Source: Flavobacteriales bacterium (GTDB lineage: Bacteria > Bacteroidota > Bacteroidia > Flavobacteriales_F > PHOS-HE28). From it: 64,000 nucleotides of DNA. Positions 11,952-21,633 of this stretch are shown piece after piece; the stretch's first letter is position 1; each line of letters begins with the position of its first letter. The notes under the pieces are model-generated. The model was given only the letters and a program-made list of their open reading frames with translations. It did no database searches and was not told where the DNA came from. Location of the stretch: assembly GCA_018057455.1 (NCBI GenBank), contig JAGPDT010000001.1, positions 55,956-119,955 on the forward strand, in the 5' to 3' direction. A program made the position numbers and the translations under genes.

Positions 11952-11996
11952 CTGTGCTGTGCTGTGCTGTTCTGTTCTGTGCTGTGCTGTGCTGTG
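11952..11996. repeat. Pentanucleotide microsatellite (CTGTG/CTGTT)x9 in the upstream region of the 10928..11854 / 9420..10931 operon
   Basis: Read directly from the sequence: ctgtg ctgtg ctgtg ctgtt ctgtt ctgtg ctgtg ctgtg ctgtg. Confidence 0.9.
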
Positions 11997-12112
11997 CATG
12001 ATAGTGTGGATTTTTGGTGAGTTTCAAATCTAACAGAATCCTGGCAATATCAATTGCTTGGAAAGAAAGTGTGCAAACTGCTGCACATTGGCAGGGAGGT
12101 CCCGCCTTTCGA

Positions 12113-12844
12113 TCACCCCTCAAACGTAAACGTGAGCACGTAGGTCTTGGAACGCAAGCTCTGGAGCGGGCTGCTGAAGCGGGTGCCGTCGTCCACGAGC
12201 AGGTTGGGGATGCCGATGCCGGTCTTGAGTTCGATGCCGAACTTGAAGTAGGGCAGGAACATGTCCATACCGCCGCCCACCTCGGCGCTGTAGTCGTACT
12301 TGGCGAGCTTCACCACCACGTCCTCGTCCAAGGCGTTGTCCACGTCCTTCTTGCTGGCCATGTCGATGCCGAACTTGCCGCCGCCGATGAGGTACACGGC
12401 GAAATTGTTGATGCGGTCGCTGCGGAACTTGAGCAGGAGCGGGAATTCGAGGTAGGTGCTCTCGATGGGTTTTTGGAAGTTGGCCGTTTTTCCGTCCGGC
12501 TTCAGGAAGGCGTATTTGAGGATGCGGTCCTGGAAGGAGAGGGTGGGGAGGAAGCGCAGGCTGAGGTTGTCGCTCATGTTCAGCGAGGCCACGATGCCCA
12601 GGTTGAAGCCCGGCTGCTTCACGTGGTCCACCGCCAGCAGGGAATCGGTGAAGGGCGACGATGGTTTCATCGTCATGAACAGGTCGCTGGTGTTGTAGCT
12701 GAGCAGAAAGCCGAAGTGGAAGCGGCGCAGATCGAAGTTGGGCAGGTTCTCCACCTTCACGCCGGCGCGTTGCGCGGTGGCGGGTGGGGCCATGCACCAG
12801 GCGAGCAGGAGCAAGAACGGGAGCAGGAGCTTGCGGAGGCGCAT
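12113..12844 (-). CDS. Outer-membrane beta-barrel protein, possibly PorT/SprT-family T9SS component
   Basis: The signal peptide MRLRKLLLPFLLLLAWCMAPPATAQ begins at internal M27. Alternating amphipathic beta-strands and a C-terminal aromatic residue (…TFTFEG) fit a beta-barrel. The position immediately downstream of ubiE mirrors the ubiE-porT arrangement recalled from Porphyromonas. Confidence 0.55.
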   Translation of the reverse strand: MRLRKLLLPFLLLLAWCMAPPATAQRAGVKVENLPNFDLRRFHFGFLLSYNTSDLFMTMKPSSPFTDSLLAVDHVKQPGFNLGIVASLNMSDNLSLRFLPTLSFQDRILKYAFLKPDGKTANFQKPIESTYLEFPLLLKFRSDRINNFAVYLIGGGKFGIDMASKKDVDNALDEDVVVKLAKYDYSAEVGGGMDMFLPYFKFGIELKTGIGIPNLLVDDGTRFSSPLQSLRSKTYVLTFTFEG

Positions 12845-12918
12845 CGGTGCAAGAACGGAAGTGGATGCCGATCCGTGCATGGCCTGTAAGTGCTTCGCAG
12901 GAAGCCGTGGGAGCGCGG

Positions 12919-13641
12919 TCATTTGCGGGCTGAATACAACGTGGCCACGCCGAAGGTGAGCCTGTGTGAGCGTACCTCGCGCAGTCCGCAGTCCGCCAAT
13001 ATGGCCTCGAAGTGCTTGCCCTGGGGGAAGGCGTCCACGCTGGCGGGCAGGTACGCATAGGCGGCATCGTCCTTGCTCACCAGCCGGCCGATCACGGGCA
13101 TCACCTGGTGGAAGTAGAACCGGAAGAGCTGCTTGAACGGGGTTTGCCCGGGCTTGCTGAACTCCAGCACGAAGAGCCTGCCGCCCGGGCGCAACACGCG
13201 CACCATGCCGCGGATGCCGCGGTGCAGGTCTTCGAAGTTGCGCACGCCGAAGGCGACGGTGATGGCATCGAAGGCACCGTCGGCAAAGGGCAGTTCGGCG
13301 GCATCGGCCTGCACCAGTTCAATGCGGCCGGCCAATCCGGCTTTTTCCACTTTGGTGCGGCCCTGGGCGAGCATGCCCGCCGAGATGTCCGCCCCGGTGA
13401 CGTGGCGGGCCACCTTGCTGGTCATGAGGGCGAGGTCGGCGGTGCCGGTGGCCACGTCCAGCAGGCGGTCCACGGGTTCCTGGCCCACGGCACGGACCAG
13501 CTTGCGGCGCCAGCTTTGGTCGGTGCCCAGGGAGCAGAGGCGGTTGAGCAGGTCGTACTTCGGCGAGATCTGGTCGAACATGCGTTCCACCTGCTCGCGT
13601 TTGGAGCCTTGCCCGGTGTAGGGTTTCACTTCAGTGCTCAT
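12919..13641 (-). CDS. ubiE: Demethylmenaquinone / ubiquinone C-methyltransferase UbiE/MenG
   Basis: The YDLLNRLCSLGTDQSWRR motif and the SAM-binding motif LDVATGTADLA are present. The start at internal M28 (MSTEVKPYTG) overlaps the stop of the upstream kinase gene. Confidence 0.88.
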   Translation of the reverse strand: MSTEVKPYTGQGSKREQVERMFDQISPKYDLLNRLCSLGTDQSWRRKLVRAVGQEPVDRLLDVATGTADLALMTSKVARHVTGADISAGMLAQGRTKVEKAGLAGRIELVQADAAELPFADGAFDAITVAFGVRNFEDLHRGIRGMVRVLRPGGRLFVLEFSKPGQTPFKQLFRFYFHQVMPVIGRLVSKDDAAYAYLPASVDAFPQGKHFEAILADCGLREVRSHRLTFGVATLYSARK

Positions 13642-14636
13642 CGGGCGTGGGCCAGGTCCAGTCGTTCGGCTTCGGCCAACAGGGCCTTGGGGTCCACGGG
13701 CACCACGCCCACGTGTTCGCACACCAGTCCACCGGCGAGGTTGGCCCAGGCGGCGATCAGCGGCAGCGGCAGGCCCAGGGCCAGGCAGAGGGAGGCAGTG
13801 GCGATCACGGTATCGCCCGCGCCGCTCACGTCGGTGATGTTGCGGCGGTGGGCCGGGAGGATCGTTTCGGTGCCGTTGTGGTGGGCATAGATGCCGTGTT
13901 CGCTGAGGGTGATCAGCGAGGCCTTGTTGGCCAGGCGCGCCTCCAGCAGCCGCACGGCGCCGCGCAGCAGGTCCATGTTGCCGGCGGGGATCTCCACTTT
14001 CAATCCGTCGCGCAGTTCCTTCAGGTTGGGCTTGAAGAGGTCCACTTCGCGGTAGTCGAAGAAGTGGCGCCGTTTGGGGTCCACCGATACGGGGATGCCC
14101 AGGCGGTGGGCCTCGGCGACAAGCCCTGCGATCACGGCCGGTGAGAGGGCGCCCTTGTCATAGTCCTCGAAGATCAACACGGCCGGGGTGGTCTTGCGCA
14201 GCAGGCCGATCACATGGTGCAGGAAGGCTTCCTGTGCGGGGCCGGGCAGGTGGTGCTCCACTTCCTCATCCACGCGCACCACGTGCTGGCTGCCGCTGAT
14301 CACGCGTGTTTTCACGGTGGTGGGCCGGCCGTTCACGGCATACAGCCCATCGGTGGGCAGGCCTTGTTCCCCGAACAGGCGGCGCAGGTCCTCGCCCGGC
14401 GCATCCTGGCCGGTGATGCCGGCCACCACGGCGTTGGCGCCCAAGGCTTGCAGGTTCAGCGCCACGTTGGCGGCGCCGCCCAGGCGGGCGCTGCGGCGGG
14501 TGACCTGCACGATGGGCACGGGGGCTTCGGGGCTGATGCGGTCCACGCGGCCCCAGAGGTAGGCGTCGAGCATCACGTCGCCCACCACCAGTGCGGTGAG
14601 GTTGCCGAAGCTGCTGAGGATCTCCCGTGGGGCCAT
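13638..14636 (-). CDS. PfkB-family sugar kinase; D-glycero-beta-D-manno-heptose-7-phosphate kinase (RfaE domain I-like)
   Basis: LVVGDVMLDAYLWGRVDRISPEAPVPIV...GGAANVALNLQALG resembles the HldE/RfaE kinase-domain signature. A PfkB C-terminal motif DVSGAGDTVIA is also present. Confidence 0.75.
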   Translation of the reverse strand: MAPREILSSFGNLTALVVGDVMLDAYLWGRVDRISPEAPVPIVQVTRRSARLGGAANVALNLQALGANAVVAGITGQDAPGEDLRRLFGEQGLPTDGLYAVNGRPTTVKTRVISGSQHVVRVDEEVEHHLPGPAQEAFLHHVIGLLRKTTPAVLIFEDYDKGALSPAVIAGLVAEAHRLGIPVSVDPKRRHFFDYREVDLFKPNLKELRDGLKVEIPAGNMDLLRGAVRLLEARLANKASLITLSEHGIYAHHNGTETILPAHRRNITDVSGAGDTVIATASLCLALGLPLPLIAAWANLAGGLVCEHVGVVPVDPKALLAEAERLDLAHAR

Positions 14637-14639
14637 GGG

Positions 14640-15824
14640 TCAATTGCGGGGCAGTGCGGCCACGGCCTTTGCGATGCGGGCGATGGCCTCGGTGAGCAGG
14701 GCATCGCCGGTGGCGTAGCTGATGCGCAGGGTGTTCGGGGCGCCGAAGGCATCGCCTTCCACCAGGCTTACGCCGGCCACCTCCAGCAGGTGCATGGAGA
14801 GGTCGGCGCTGGTGCGCAGGTTGCCGGTGAGGCTGCTGCCCACATCGGGCAGCACGTAGAAGGCGCCTTGGGGCTTGTTGCAGCGCCAGCCGGGCACTTG
14901 GGCGAGGCCGTTGAGCACCAGGTCGCGGCGGCGCAGGAAATCCTTGCGCAGCCCGGCGATCAAGGCTGGATCGGCCTCCACGCAAGCCTTGGCCACGCGC
15001 TGCGCAATGCCGTTGGCGCCGCTGGTGAATTGGCCTTGCACTTTGTTGGCGCCCTGCACCACCCACTTGGGCGCGCCGATGTAGCCTATGCGCCAGCCGG
15101 TGAGTGCGAAGGCTTTGGAGATGCCGTTGACGGTGATGGTGCGCTCCAGCATGCCGGGCAGGGCGCCTATGGAGCGGTGGGCGCCGTCGAACACGATGTG
15201 CTCATAGATCTCATCGCTGACCACCATCAGGCCGGGCCATCGCAGCACCACGGCGGCAAGCGCTTCCAGTTCGGCCTGGGTGAGCACCGATCCGCTGGGG
15301 TTGCACGGGGAGCTGTACAGCAGCAGCCGGGTGCGCGGGGTGATGGCCGCTGCGATGCGGGCCACCGGTGGTTTGTAGTCTTCCTCCAAGGTGCTGTGCA
15401 CCAGTACGGGCGTGCCGCCGGCGAAACGCACCTGCTCGGCATAGCTCACCCAGAACGGGGCGGGGATCACCACCTCATCGCCGGGGCCGATCAGGGAGAT
15501 GATCACGTTCATGATGGCCTGCTTGGCACCGGTGCTCACCATCACTTCCTCGGGGGCATAGTGCAGGCCGTTGTCACGCTTGAACTTTTCGCTGATGGAG
15601 GCGCGCAGGTCCGGGTAGCCCATGACGGGCGGGTACTTGTTCCACCTGTTGCCGGCGATGGCCTGTTGGGCGGCCTCCATGGCGAAGGCCGGCGGGTCCT
15701 GGTCGGGCTCGCCCAGGCTGAGGTCCACGATGTCGCGCCCGGCCGCCCGCATCTCGCGGCAGCGTTGGGCCATGCGCAGGGTGGCCGATTCGGACATGGA
15801 ACGGACAATGGGGGAGAGCTGCAT
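14640..15824 (-). CDS. Pyridoxal-phosphate-dependent aminotransferase, class I (aspartate aminotransferase-like)
   Basis: Length is 394 aa. The PLP-lysine region NGISKAFALTGWRIGY and the fold I pattern fit a class I aminotransferase. Confidence 0.88.
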   Translation of the reverse strand: MQLSPIVRSMSESATLRMAQRCREMRAAGRDIVDLSLGEPDQDPPAFAMEAAQQAIAGNRWNKYPPVMGYPDLRASISEKFKRDNGLHYAPEEVMVSTGAKQAIMNVIISLIGPGDEVVIPAPFWVSYAEQVRFAGGTPVLVHSTLEEDYKPPVARIAAAITPRTRLLLYSSPCNPSGSVLTQAELEALAAVVLRWPGLMVVSDEIYEHIVFDGAHRSIGALPGMLERTITVNGISKAFALTGWRIGYIGAPKWVVQGANKVQGQFTSGANGIAQRVAKACVEADPALIAGLRKDFLRRRDLVLNGLAQVPGWRCNKPQGAFYVLPDVGSSLTGNLRTSADLSMHLLEVAGVSLVEGDAFGAPNTLRISYATGDALLTEAIARIAKAVAALPRN

Positions 15825-16030
15825 GAGGAGGTTGCGGGTGGCGTCGGCAGGTGTGCCCGCCGGGCGTTAGAGTGCGGCGAAATTAGCCCTTGCCGGCGAT
15901 GTGCGCAGAAAGTGGGGAAATGGCCTGCGGGCGGGGCGGGTGGTGCATGCCGCGGTCCGTGATCCGCCGCTCTGCGGCTCATGGCCTGATCGGCCTGCCG
16001 GAGGCCGCCCGGTCCCCGCACGTGTTGTGC

Positions 16031-16073
16031 CGGGCTGGAAGACAACGAGGCCGGGCGTGAGCGCCCGGCCTCG
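16031..16073 (-). terminator. Candidate intrinsic terminator: a 12-bp GC-rich hairpin (cgaggccgggcg-tgag-cgcccggcctcg) 20 nt downstream of the 780-aa gene, followed on the minus strand by uugucuucc
   Basis: A perfect inverted repeat is seen directly in the sequence, placed just after the stop codon at 16094. Confidence 0.45.
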
Positions 16074-16093
16074 TCAACCGAGGAGTCGCGCGC

Positions 16094-18436
16094 TCAGTTG
16101 GGCAGGTCCAGCGCGAAGGCGGCCAGCGCATCGCGGTCCAGGTATTCCAGCACTTGGGTGCCGTTGGTGGCCCAGGCATCGGTGTGCAGGCTTTCGGCGA
16201 ATGCGGCGCTGGGGCAGCCGCCAAGCAGGTCGGCGGCGTTGTTCAACCCTTCATAGATCCGCTGCGCCGGTACAGCCAGGGTGTACACACCGCTGGTGTC
16301 GGTGGCCACATCGCCGCTGGCGCTGGCCGGGGCCACGAAATTGCCCAAGCCGCGCACCACCGTGAAGCTGAAGTTGCCGAAGTCGTTGGGGTGCCGGGCG
16401 TGGAAGCGGAGCTTCACCTTGGAGGTCAACGCATCGGCATAGTGCAGGAATCCGCAGTTGCTGGTGGCCTCGGTGAAACCCGTGCCGTTGTCCACGGCCG
16501 CATGGTAGATGCCCACCTCCATGTTGCGGTTGTCCACGCGTACCAGGATCTTGAAGCCGCTGGCCTTGGTGAGGGGCGATCCTTCCGTGAAGAGGAAGGC
16601 CGGTGGGGCGTCAATGGTGATGCTGTTGTCGTGGTAGTCCGGCACTTGGAAGAAGTCCTGGTCCATGTGCACGGGCACGAATCCACCGGCCATCACCTTG
16701 CCCAGCTGCATCACCACTTCGTACAGGCCGGCGGGGGCCAGCTGGATGGTGTCGAAGAAGGCACAATAGAATTCCTCCATTTCCCAGAAGCGCTGGAAAC
16801 CGGCGGGTGCGGCACCTACCGTGGCGATCACATCGTGCTGCGGGATGGTGTAGGTGGGTTGGGCCACAGTGGCCACGGGCCCCAGCTTATGGTCCTTGTG
16901 GTGGAAGATGTTCGTGGCCGTCTCAAAGTCGATGTAGCCGATGTTCACGTCCTGCCCGATGAAGTGCCAGCTGTCCGCTTCGGGCACCAGGGTGTTGTCC
17001 GCGGATGCGGTCCGGCCGTTGCCCCCGGGGAGGTGATGGCCGGCGGTGGCGCGTTCCTTCAACTTGTATTTCCACTGGTAGTGCGTAATGCCCGCGGCCA
17101 GCAGTCCGTCGGTGAAGTTCACCTTCATGGGCAGGGTGGCACCGAAGGGGGAGAAGTTGCCGCCGCCCACCAGGTCGCTCAGGCCGGTTTGGCGGAACAC
17201 CTTGCCACTGCGCAGGACCGTGGCGCCGGATTGCTCCACATGCTGGACGAAGGCGCTTGAACCGATGCGGCGGAATTCGATGCCCGAGCCCGGAAGCAGC
17301 GGCGACGGGCCGCAGGCGGGCACGCGCGGATCGGTGAGGTGCACCGTGATCTCCGTGCCGCAGGTGTAATCCCAATGGGTGTGGCAGGCACGGCCCGGGT
17401 TGTATACGGTGGTGTACGAGCCGCCCACCATGTATTCCACCCATACGTACACGTCCGGTTGCCACTCATCGGTGCAGCGGTTGTACAGGATGTCGAATCG
17501 GCCGTGCTCGTCGGTGAGCTCCGTGCCGATCTCCGTGCAACGGTACAGGTAGGGCCAGATCCAGGGCCACTGGCAGAAGTACGGGTGGAACAGCTGCACG
17601 TTGGCGGTGATGGTGGCACGCAGCTGCCCGATGTTGTCGGTGAGCATGGCCGCGATCAGGTCTTCGGACGGCCGGGGTGCGGCGATGGTGTTCAATGGCA
17701 GCACGGCGTTGCCGGTGGCGCGCAGCTTTACCATGGACCGCAGGTTGCCTTGCACCCCGGTGGGCTTCACAAAGCGCAGGCCGGCCTGCTGCTCGGTGAT
17801 GTGCGTGGTGAGGTCCTTCGCCTCGAAAGGCTCGATGAAGCGCGTTACCGGGGCGGGCGGCCACAGGTCGCGCGGGTCCTTGAAAGGCACGTCAAAGTCG
17901 ATCACCTCCTTCAAATGCAGGTCATGCAGCCATTCCCAGCGCCAACGCCAGTACACCAGGTCCGGCAGGGTGGGCAGTACCAAGGTGAGCTTGTCCACTT
18001 CGCACACGTGCACCTTCGCATTGCACACGGGGTAGTCCACGGAGATGCCATTGCGCAGCAGGGTCTTCACCACCTTGCCGCGGATGGTGCACCAGCAGAT
18101 CGACCAATAGGGCCAGAAGGAGGCTGGTACGGGGTACAGGTCCTGGAGGGTGCCCCGCGCATTGCGCACGACCGGTGAGTAGGATTTCCACTTGCGCATG
18201 TGCGCGGGTGTCACGGCGTCACCGGGTTGGAGGTCGCGGGGTTCGGGCGTGATGTGCAGTGTGCCGTACTTCAGTTGCTCCCCGGTGGCGTCGGGCAGCA
18301 GCAGTTCGCCCTTCTTGCCCACCGGGGCGCTGCTGACCAGCTTTTCCTGCCGGTCGAAGAGCCAAGCCCTCAAGGGGATGTCGGGGTTGTGTTTTTCACC
18401 CACGGGCAGATTGAGCCGTACTTGTTGCTTTGCCAT
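16094..18436 (-). CDS. Large conserved hypothetical protein (780 aa, Trp-rich, no signal peptide or TM segments)
   Basis: The ORF is intact with native-like GC and ordinary protein composition. No family was recognised. A hairpin terminator follows it. Confidence 0.6.
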   Translation of the reverse strand: MAKQQVRLNLPVGEKHNPDIPLRAWLFDRQEKLVSSAPVGKKGELLLPDATGEQLKYGTLHITPEPRDLQPGDAVTPAHMRKWKSYSPVVRNARGTLQDLYPVPASFWPYWSICWCTIRGKVVKTLLRNGISVDYPVCNAKVHVCEVDKLTLVLPTLPDLVYWRWRWEWLHDLHLKEVIDFDVPFKDPRDLWPPAPVTRFIEPFEAKDLTTHITEQQAGLRFVKPTGVQGNLRSMVKLRATGNAVLPLNTIAAPRPSEDLIAAMLTDNIGQLRATITANVQLFHPYFCQWPWIWPYLYRCTEIGTELTDEHGRFDILYNRCTDEWQPDVYVWVEYMVGGSYTTVYNPGRACHTHWDYTCGTEITVHLTDPRVPACGPSPLLPGSGIEFRRIGSSAFVQHVEQSGATVLRSGKVFRQTGLSDLVGGGNFSPFGATLPMKVNFTDGLLAAGITHYQWKYKLKERATAGHHLPGGNGRTASADNTLVPEADSWHFIGQDVNIGYIDFETATNIFHHKDHKLGPVATVAQPTYTIPQHDVIATVGAAPAGFQRFWEMEEFYCAFFDTIQLAPAGLYEVVMQLGKVMAGGFVPVHMDQDFFQVPDYHDNSITIDAPPAFLFTEGSPLTKASGFKILVRVDNRNMEVGIYHAAVDNGTGFTEATSNCGFLHYADALTSKVKLRFHARHPNDFGNFSFTVVRGLGNFVAPASASGDVATDTSGVYTLAVPAQRIYEGLNNAADLLGGCPSAAFAESLHTDAWATNGTQVLEYLDRDALAAFALDLPN

Positions 18437-18745
18437 GGTTCAAGGGGGGGTTGGTTTACCGGCAGGCATGCGCCGATGGAACAACGAAGTACACCACATT
18501 GTTTGTCGGTGACCATACCCGGAAACCGGTATTTTGAGGGGCGGTACCAAGTGCCGTACCTGGCCGGCGAGCCGGGTGGAGGAGGATGGGGAGCCTTGGT
18601 GCATCCTCGCAGCAGCGCACGGCGGCGGCCCTTGCGGGTTGAAGGGCTGCATCGTGCGGAGTACTGCCGGCGCTTGCCCACCAGGGATGGGTGTGCCACC
18701 GCCGTGAAGGGTTCTTCCCCGATCTTCGCCCGCAAATCCCTGCGC

Positions 18746-19285
18746 ATGACCGGTGATCAATTGTTCCAAGTCCTTCTGGCCTTGTTGCCTTCGGTGGTGG
18801 TGTTCCTCACGGCCTTCTACCTGATGCGCCAGTTCCTGGGCACCCGGCGGCACGAGGCCAACACGCAACTGATGGCCGAGGCCAAGCGGGAGGACCGCCA
18901 ACACGTGCTTCCCCTGCGTCTTCAGGCCCATGAAAGGCTCACCTTGTTCCTGGAGCGGATCGCACCGGGGGCCTTGGTGTTCCGGGTGCACAAGCACAAC
19001 ATGACGGCGCGCGTGCTGCACGCCGAGCTGCTGGCCACGGTGCGCGAGGAGTATGAGCACAACGTCACCCAGCAGATCTACTTGAGCGAGCGCGCCTGGC
19101 AGCAGGTGCGCATGGCCAAGGAGGAGACCCTCCGCATCATCAACATCGCGGCGGAGGCCACACCTGACGGGGCCAGTGGAACGGCATTGAGCGAGCGGGT
19201 CTTCGAAACGGCGGCACGCCTCACGCACCTGCCCACGCAGCAGGCCATCCTTGTGCTCAAGGAAGAGGTGAGGAAGTTGTTCTGA
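18746..19285 (+). CDS. Hypothetical small membrane protein (179 aa, one N-terminal TM helix plus a helical soluble domain)
   Basis: The ATG is internal to track ORF 18200..19285. From MTGDQLFQVLLALLPSVVVFLTAFYLMRQF onward the composition is protein-like. It is divergent from the 780-aa gene across a 309-nt spacer. Confidence 0.45.
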   Translation: MTGDQLFQVLLALLPSVVVFLTAFYLMRQFLGTRRHEANTQLMAEAKREDRQHVLPLRLQAHERLTLFLERIAPGALVFRVHKHNMTARVLHAELLATVREEYEHNVTQQIYLSERAWQQVRMAKEETLRIINIAAEATPDGASGTALSERVFETAARLTHLPTQQAILVLKEEVRKLF

Positions 19286-19388
19286 GCCGGAGGAAAGGCA
19301 CGACCGGGGCAGCCGCCTGCCCGTCCGGCGTCATGACCAGCGTCCGGGGGGGATCGACGGCCGTGGTCTGCGCCGTGAACAACGGGGC

Positions 19389-20366
19389 TCAGCCGGGGTG
19401 CCCGTACAACCGCAGCAGTTCCTGCGCGGCATCGAAGGGGTTGATCTCGCCCAGGCGAACGCGTTGTTCCATGCCCGGCAGCAGGTTGCGGATGTGTTCG
19501 TTGCGGTAGAAGTCGTCCACCAAGGCCTCCTCCACGGCGGTGCGCATCCACCAGCGGGCCTGCTCTTGGCGCCGCCTGGTCCGTTGGCCGCTTTCAAGGT
19601 CGCGACCGGCGATATGGTCCAAGGCATCGGCCAATCGCGCAATGCCTTTGCCGGTGGCGGCCGAGCAGAGCAGCACCTCCGGGCGGTGGCCGTTGTCGCG
19701 GGGCGGCAGCAAGGCGATGGCCTGGCGCAGGTCCATGGCGGTGCGCTGGTTGCGGGGCTCGTTGTCGCCGTCGGTCTTGTTGATGGCGATCAGGTCGGCC
19801 ACCTCCATGATGCCGCGTTTGATGCCCTGCAGGCCGTCGCCGGCACCGCCGATCATCAGCAGCAGGTTCAGGTCGGTGAGCTGGTCCACGGCGGCCTCGT
19901 TCTGGCCCACGCCCACGGTCTCAATGAGGATCCGGTCATGCCCTGCCGCCTCGCACAGCAGCATGGCCTCGCGGGTGCGGCGGGCCACCCCGCCCAAGGT
20001 GCCGCCGCTGGGGCTGGGCCGTATGAAGGCGCGTTCGTCCACGGCCAGGCGCTCCATGCGTGTCTTATCGCCCAGGATGCTGCCGCCGCTGCGGGTGCTG
20101 CTGGGGTCGATGGCCAGCACCGCCACCCGGTGTCCCCGGGTGATCAGGTGGCTGCCCAGGGCGTCGATCAGCGTGCTTTTTCCCACGCCCGGAATGCCGG
20201 TGATGCCCATGCGCACCGAACCGGAGCCGGTACGCAAGGCATGCTGCAACAGCTCGGCCGCCATGGGGCGGTCCGCGGTGCGCGTGCTTTCCACCAAGGT
20301 GATGGCGCGGGCCAGTGCCACCCGGTCGCCCTGTTGCAGGTCTTCAAAGAGATCGTTCGCGTTCAT
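19389..20366 (-). CDS. meaB: Methylmalonyl-CoA mutase-associated GTPase MeaB (ArgK family)
   Basis: The P-loop GITGIPGVGKST, the NKTD motif (LIAINKTDGD) and a MeaB-like C-terminal dimerisation region are present. Start is taken at internal M16. Confidence 0.85.
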   Translation of the reverse strand: MNANDLFEDLQQGDRVALARAITLVESTRTADRPMAAELLQHALRTGSGSVRMGITGIPGVGKSTLIDALGSHLITRGHRVAVLAIDPSSTRSGGSILGDKTRMERLAVDERAFIRPSPSGGTLGGVARRTREAMLLCEAAGHDRILIETVGVGQNEAAVDQLTDLNLLLMIGGAGDGLQGIKRGIMEVADLIAINKTDGDNEPRNQRTAMDLRQAIALLPPRDNGHRPEVLLCSAATGKGIARLADALDHIAGRDLESGQRTRRRQEQARWWMRTAVEEALVDDFYRNEHIRNLLPGMEQRVRLGEINPFDAAQELLRLYGHPG

Positions 20367-20380
20367 GTGCTGGCCAAGGG

Positions 20381-20953
20381 TCAGGATCCCCCGCGGTAAA
20401 TGTTCACCCATTGCGGCCGCCCCATGTCGCGGAGCAGGCGGAAGAGGTCCTCACCGATGATGAGCCCGTTGGTGGATTCCAGGCCGTAGTGCCCCAGGAT
20501 CTCCATCTGGCGCGGGCTTGGCGCCAATGGCTTTTCGCTCCATCCCGTGGCGTTGCGCTGGCCGGCCTGCACTTTCAAGGGGTACTCCCAGTAGCGTAGT
20601 TTCCACAGGTTGTCCAGGGTGCTGCAATCGGTCAGGAAGCCCATGGCGGCGCTGTCCGGCGGCAAGGTGCATTGCACCACGCCATACGTGCGGAAAAGGT
20701 CTTCTGCCCCGGGGTTGGCCGCGCTGAAGGCGCGTCCCTGCACCTGGCGGATGAAGTTCTCGCGCGAGAGCGGACGGCTTTCCACCACCTGCGGGGCACC
20801 GGCGGTGTCGCGGGCCACTTTCACCAGGAAGAGGCAGAAAAGGCGGCCATCGGTGGAAGGCGAAAGGCTGAGGGCGAACTGGTGTTCCGAAGGTGTTTGT
20901 GCCGCGGTCCACAGCCATAGGAGAAGAGCAGGAAGGACCGTGGGCAGGCGCAT
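20381..20953 (-). CDS. Hypothetical secreted protein
   Basis: The signal peptide MRLPTVLPALLLWLWTAAQTP begins at internal M27. No family was recognised. Confidence 0.45.
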   Translation of the reverse strand: MRLPTVLPALLLWLWTAAQTPSEHQFALSLSPSTDGRLFCLFLVKVARDTAGAPQVVESRPLSRENFIRQVQGRAFSAANPGAEDLFRTYGVVQCTLPPDSAAMGFLTDCSTLDNLWKLRYWEYPLKVQAGQRNATGWSEKPLAPSPRQMEILGHYGLESTNGLIIGEDLFRLLRDMGRPQWVNIYRGGS

Positions 20954-20987
20954 GGCACGAAAGTACCACCGCACCGGCCGGGCTGGT

Positions 20988-21569
20988 TCACGGGCTTTGT
21001 GTCGCGGGGTGCGATGCGCGTGCCGTTGCATGGCGGGTAAAGACGAGTGTATCCCGGAAGATGCCGTTCACCAGGATGTTCTCGCGCAGGTGGCCTTCCA
21101 GCACGAAACCGTTGTGCTCCAACACATGGATGGAGGCGGCATTGTCCGGCGTCACGGCGGCTTCCACGCTGTGCAGCCCGATCTTGCGGAAGCCATGGTC
21201 CACCACGGCGGCCACGGCCTCGCTCATCAGGCCTTGGCCCCAGAGGTCGGGGTGCAGGGCATAGCCGATCTCGGCGCGGTGGTGTTCCTTGAGGATGCGC
21301 CAGAAGCCGATGTAGCCCAGGAGCACATCGGAGCCCTTCACCGTTATGGCCCACATGATGGCGTTGCCCCCGGCAGCGGCGTGGTGGAATTCGCGCACCA
21401 GCTGCAGCCCTTCCTCCTGGCGGGTGCCGATGGGCTTGGGGATGTGGCGCATCACGGCCGGCGATGCGCGCAGGCGGAAGACGTCGGCCGCATCGCTGTC
21501 GCGCAGGGCGCGCAGTTCCATCCGTGCCGTGGATAGCCGGGGTATGCGCTTGAAGTCCGTGCGCAACAT
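20988..21569 (-). CDS. GNAT-family N-acetyltransferase (RimL/RimJ-like)
   Basis: The N-terminus MLRTDFKRIPRLSTARMELRALRDSDAADVF parallels the paralog at 23000..23953. A GNAT motif A region (AVDHGFRKIGLHSVEAAVTPDNAASIHVLEHNGF) is present. Confidence 0.8.
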   Translation of the reverse strand: MLRTDFKRIPRLSTARMELRALRDSDAADVFRLRASPAVMRHIPKPIGTRQEEGLQLVREFHHAAAGGNAIMWAITVKGSDVLLGYIGFWRILKEHHRAEIGYALHPDLWGQGLMSEAVAAVVDHGFRKIGLHSVEAAVTPDNAASIHVLEHNGFVLEGHLRENILVNGIFRDTLVFTRHATARASHPATQSP

Positions 21570-21633
21570 GCGTGCAAGGTAGCCCGGTGGGCAGGGCTGT
21601 CGCGTCAAATTATTCTGACCGGCATGGGGAATT

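Noticed and set aside
18440-19228. 262-aa minus-strand ORF overlapping the 179-aa membrane protein gene
   Set aside because: Its composition is junk-like (RR/GG/PP runs). The plus-strand reading from 18746 gives a much more protein-like product.
19286-19388. Short GC hairpin gggcag-ccgc-ctgccc between the convergent membrane-protein and meaB genes, as a terminator
   Set aside because: The stem is only 6 bp and no U-tract follows on either strand. Too weak to annotate.
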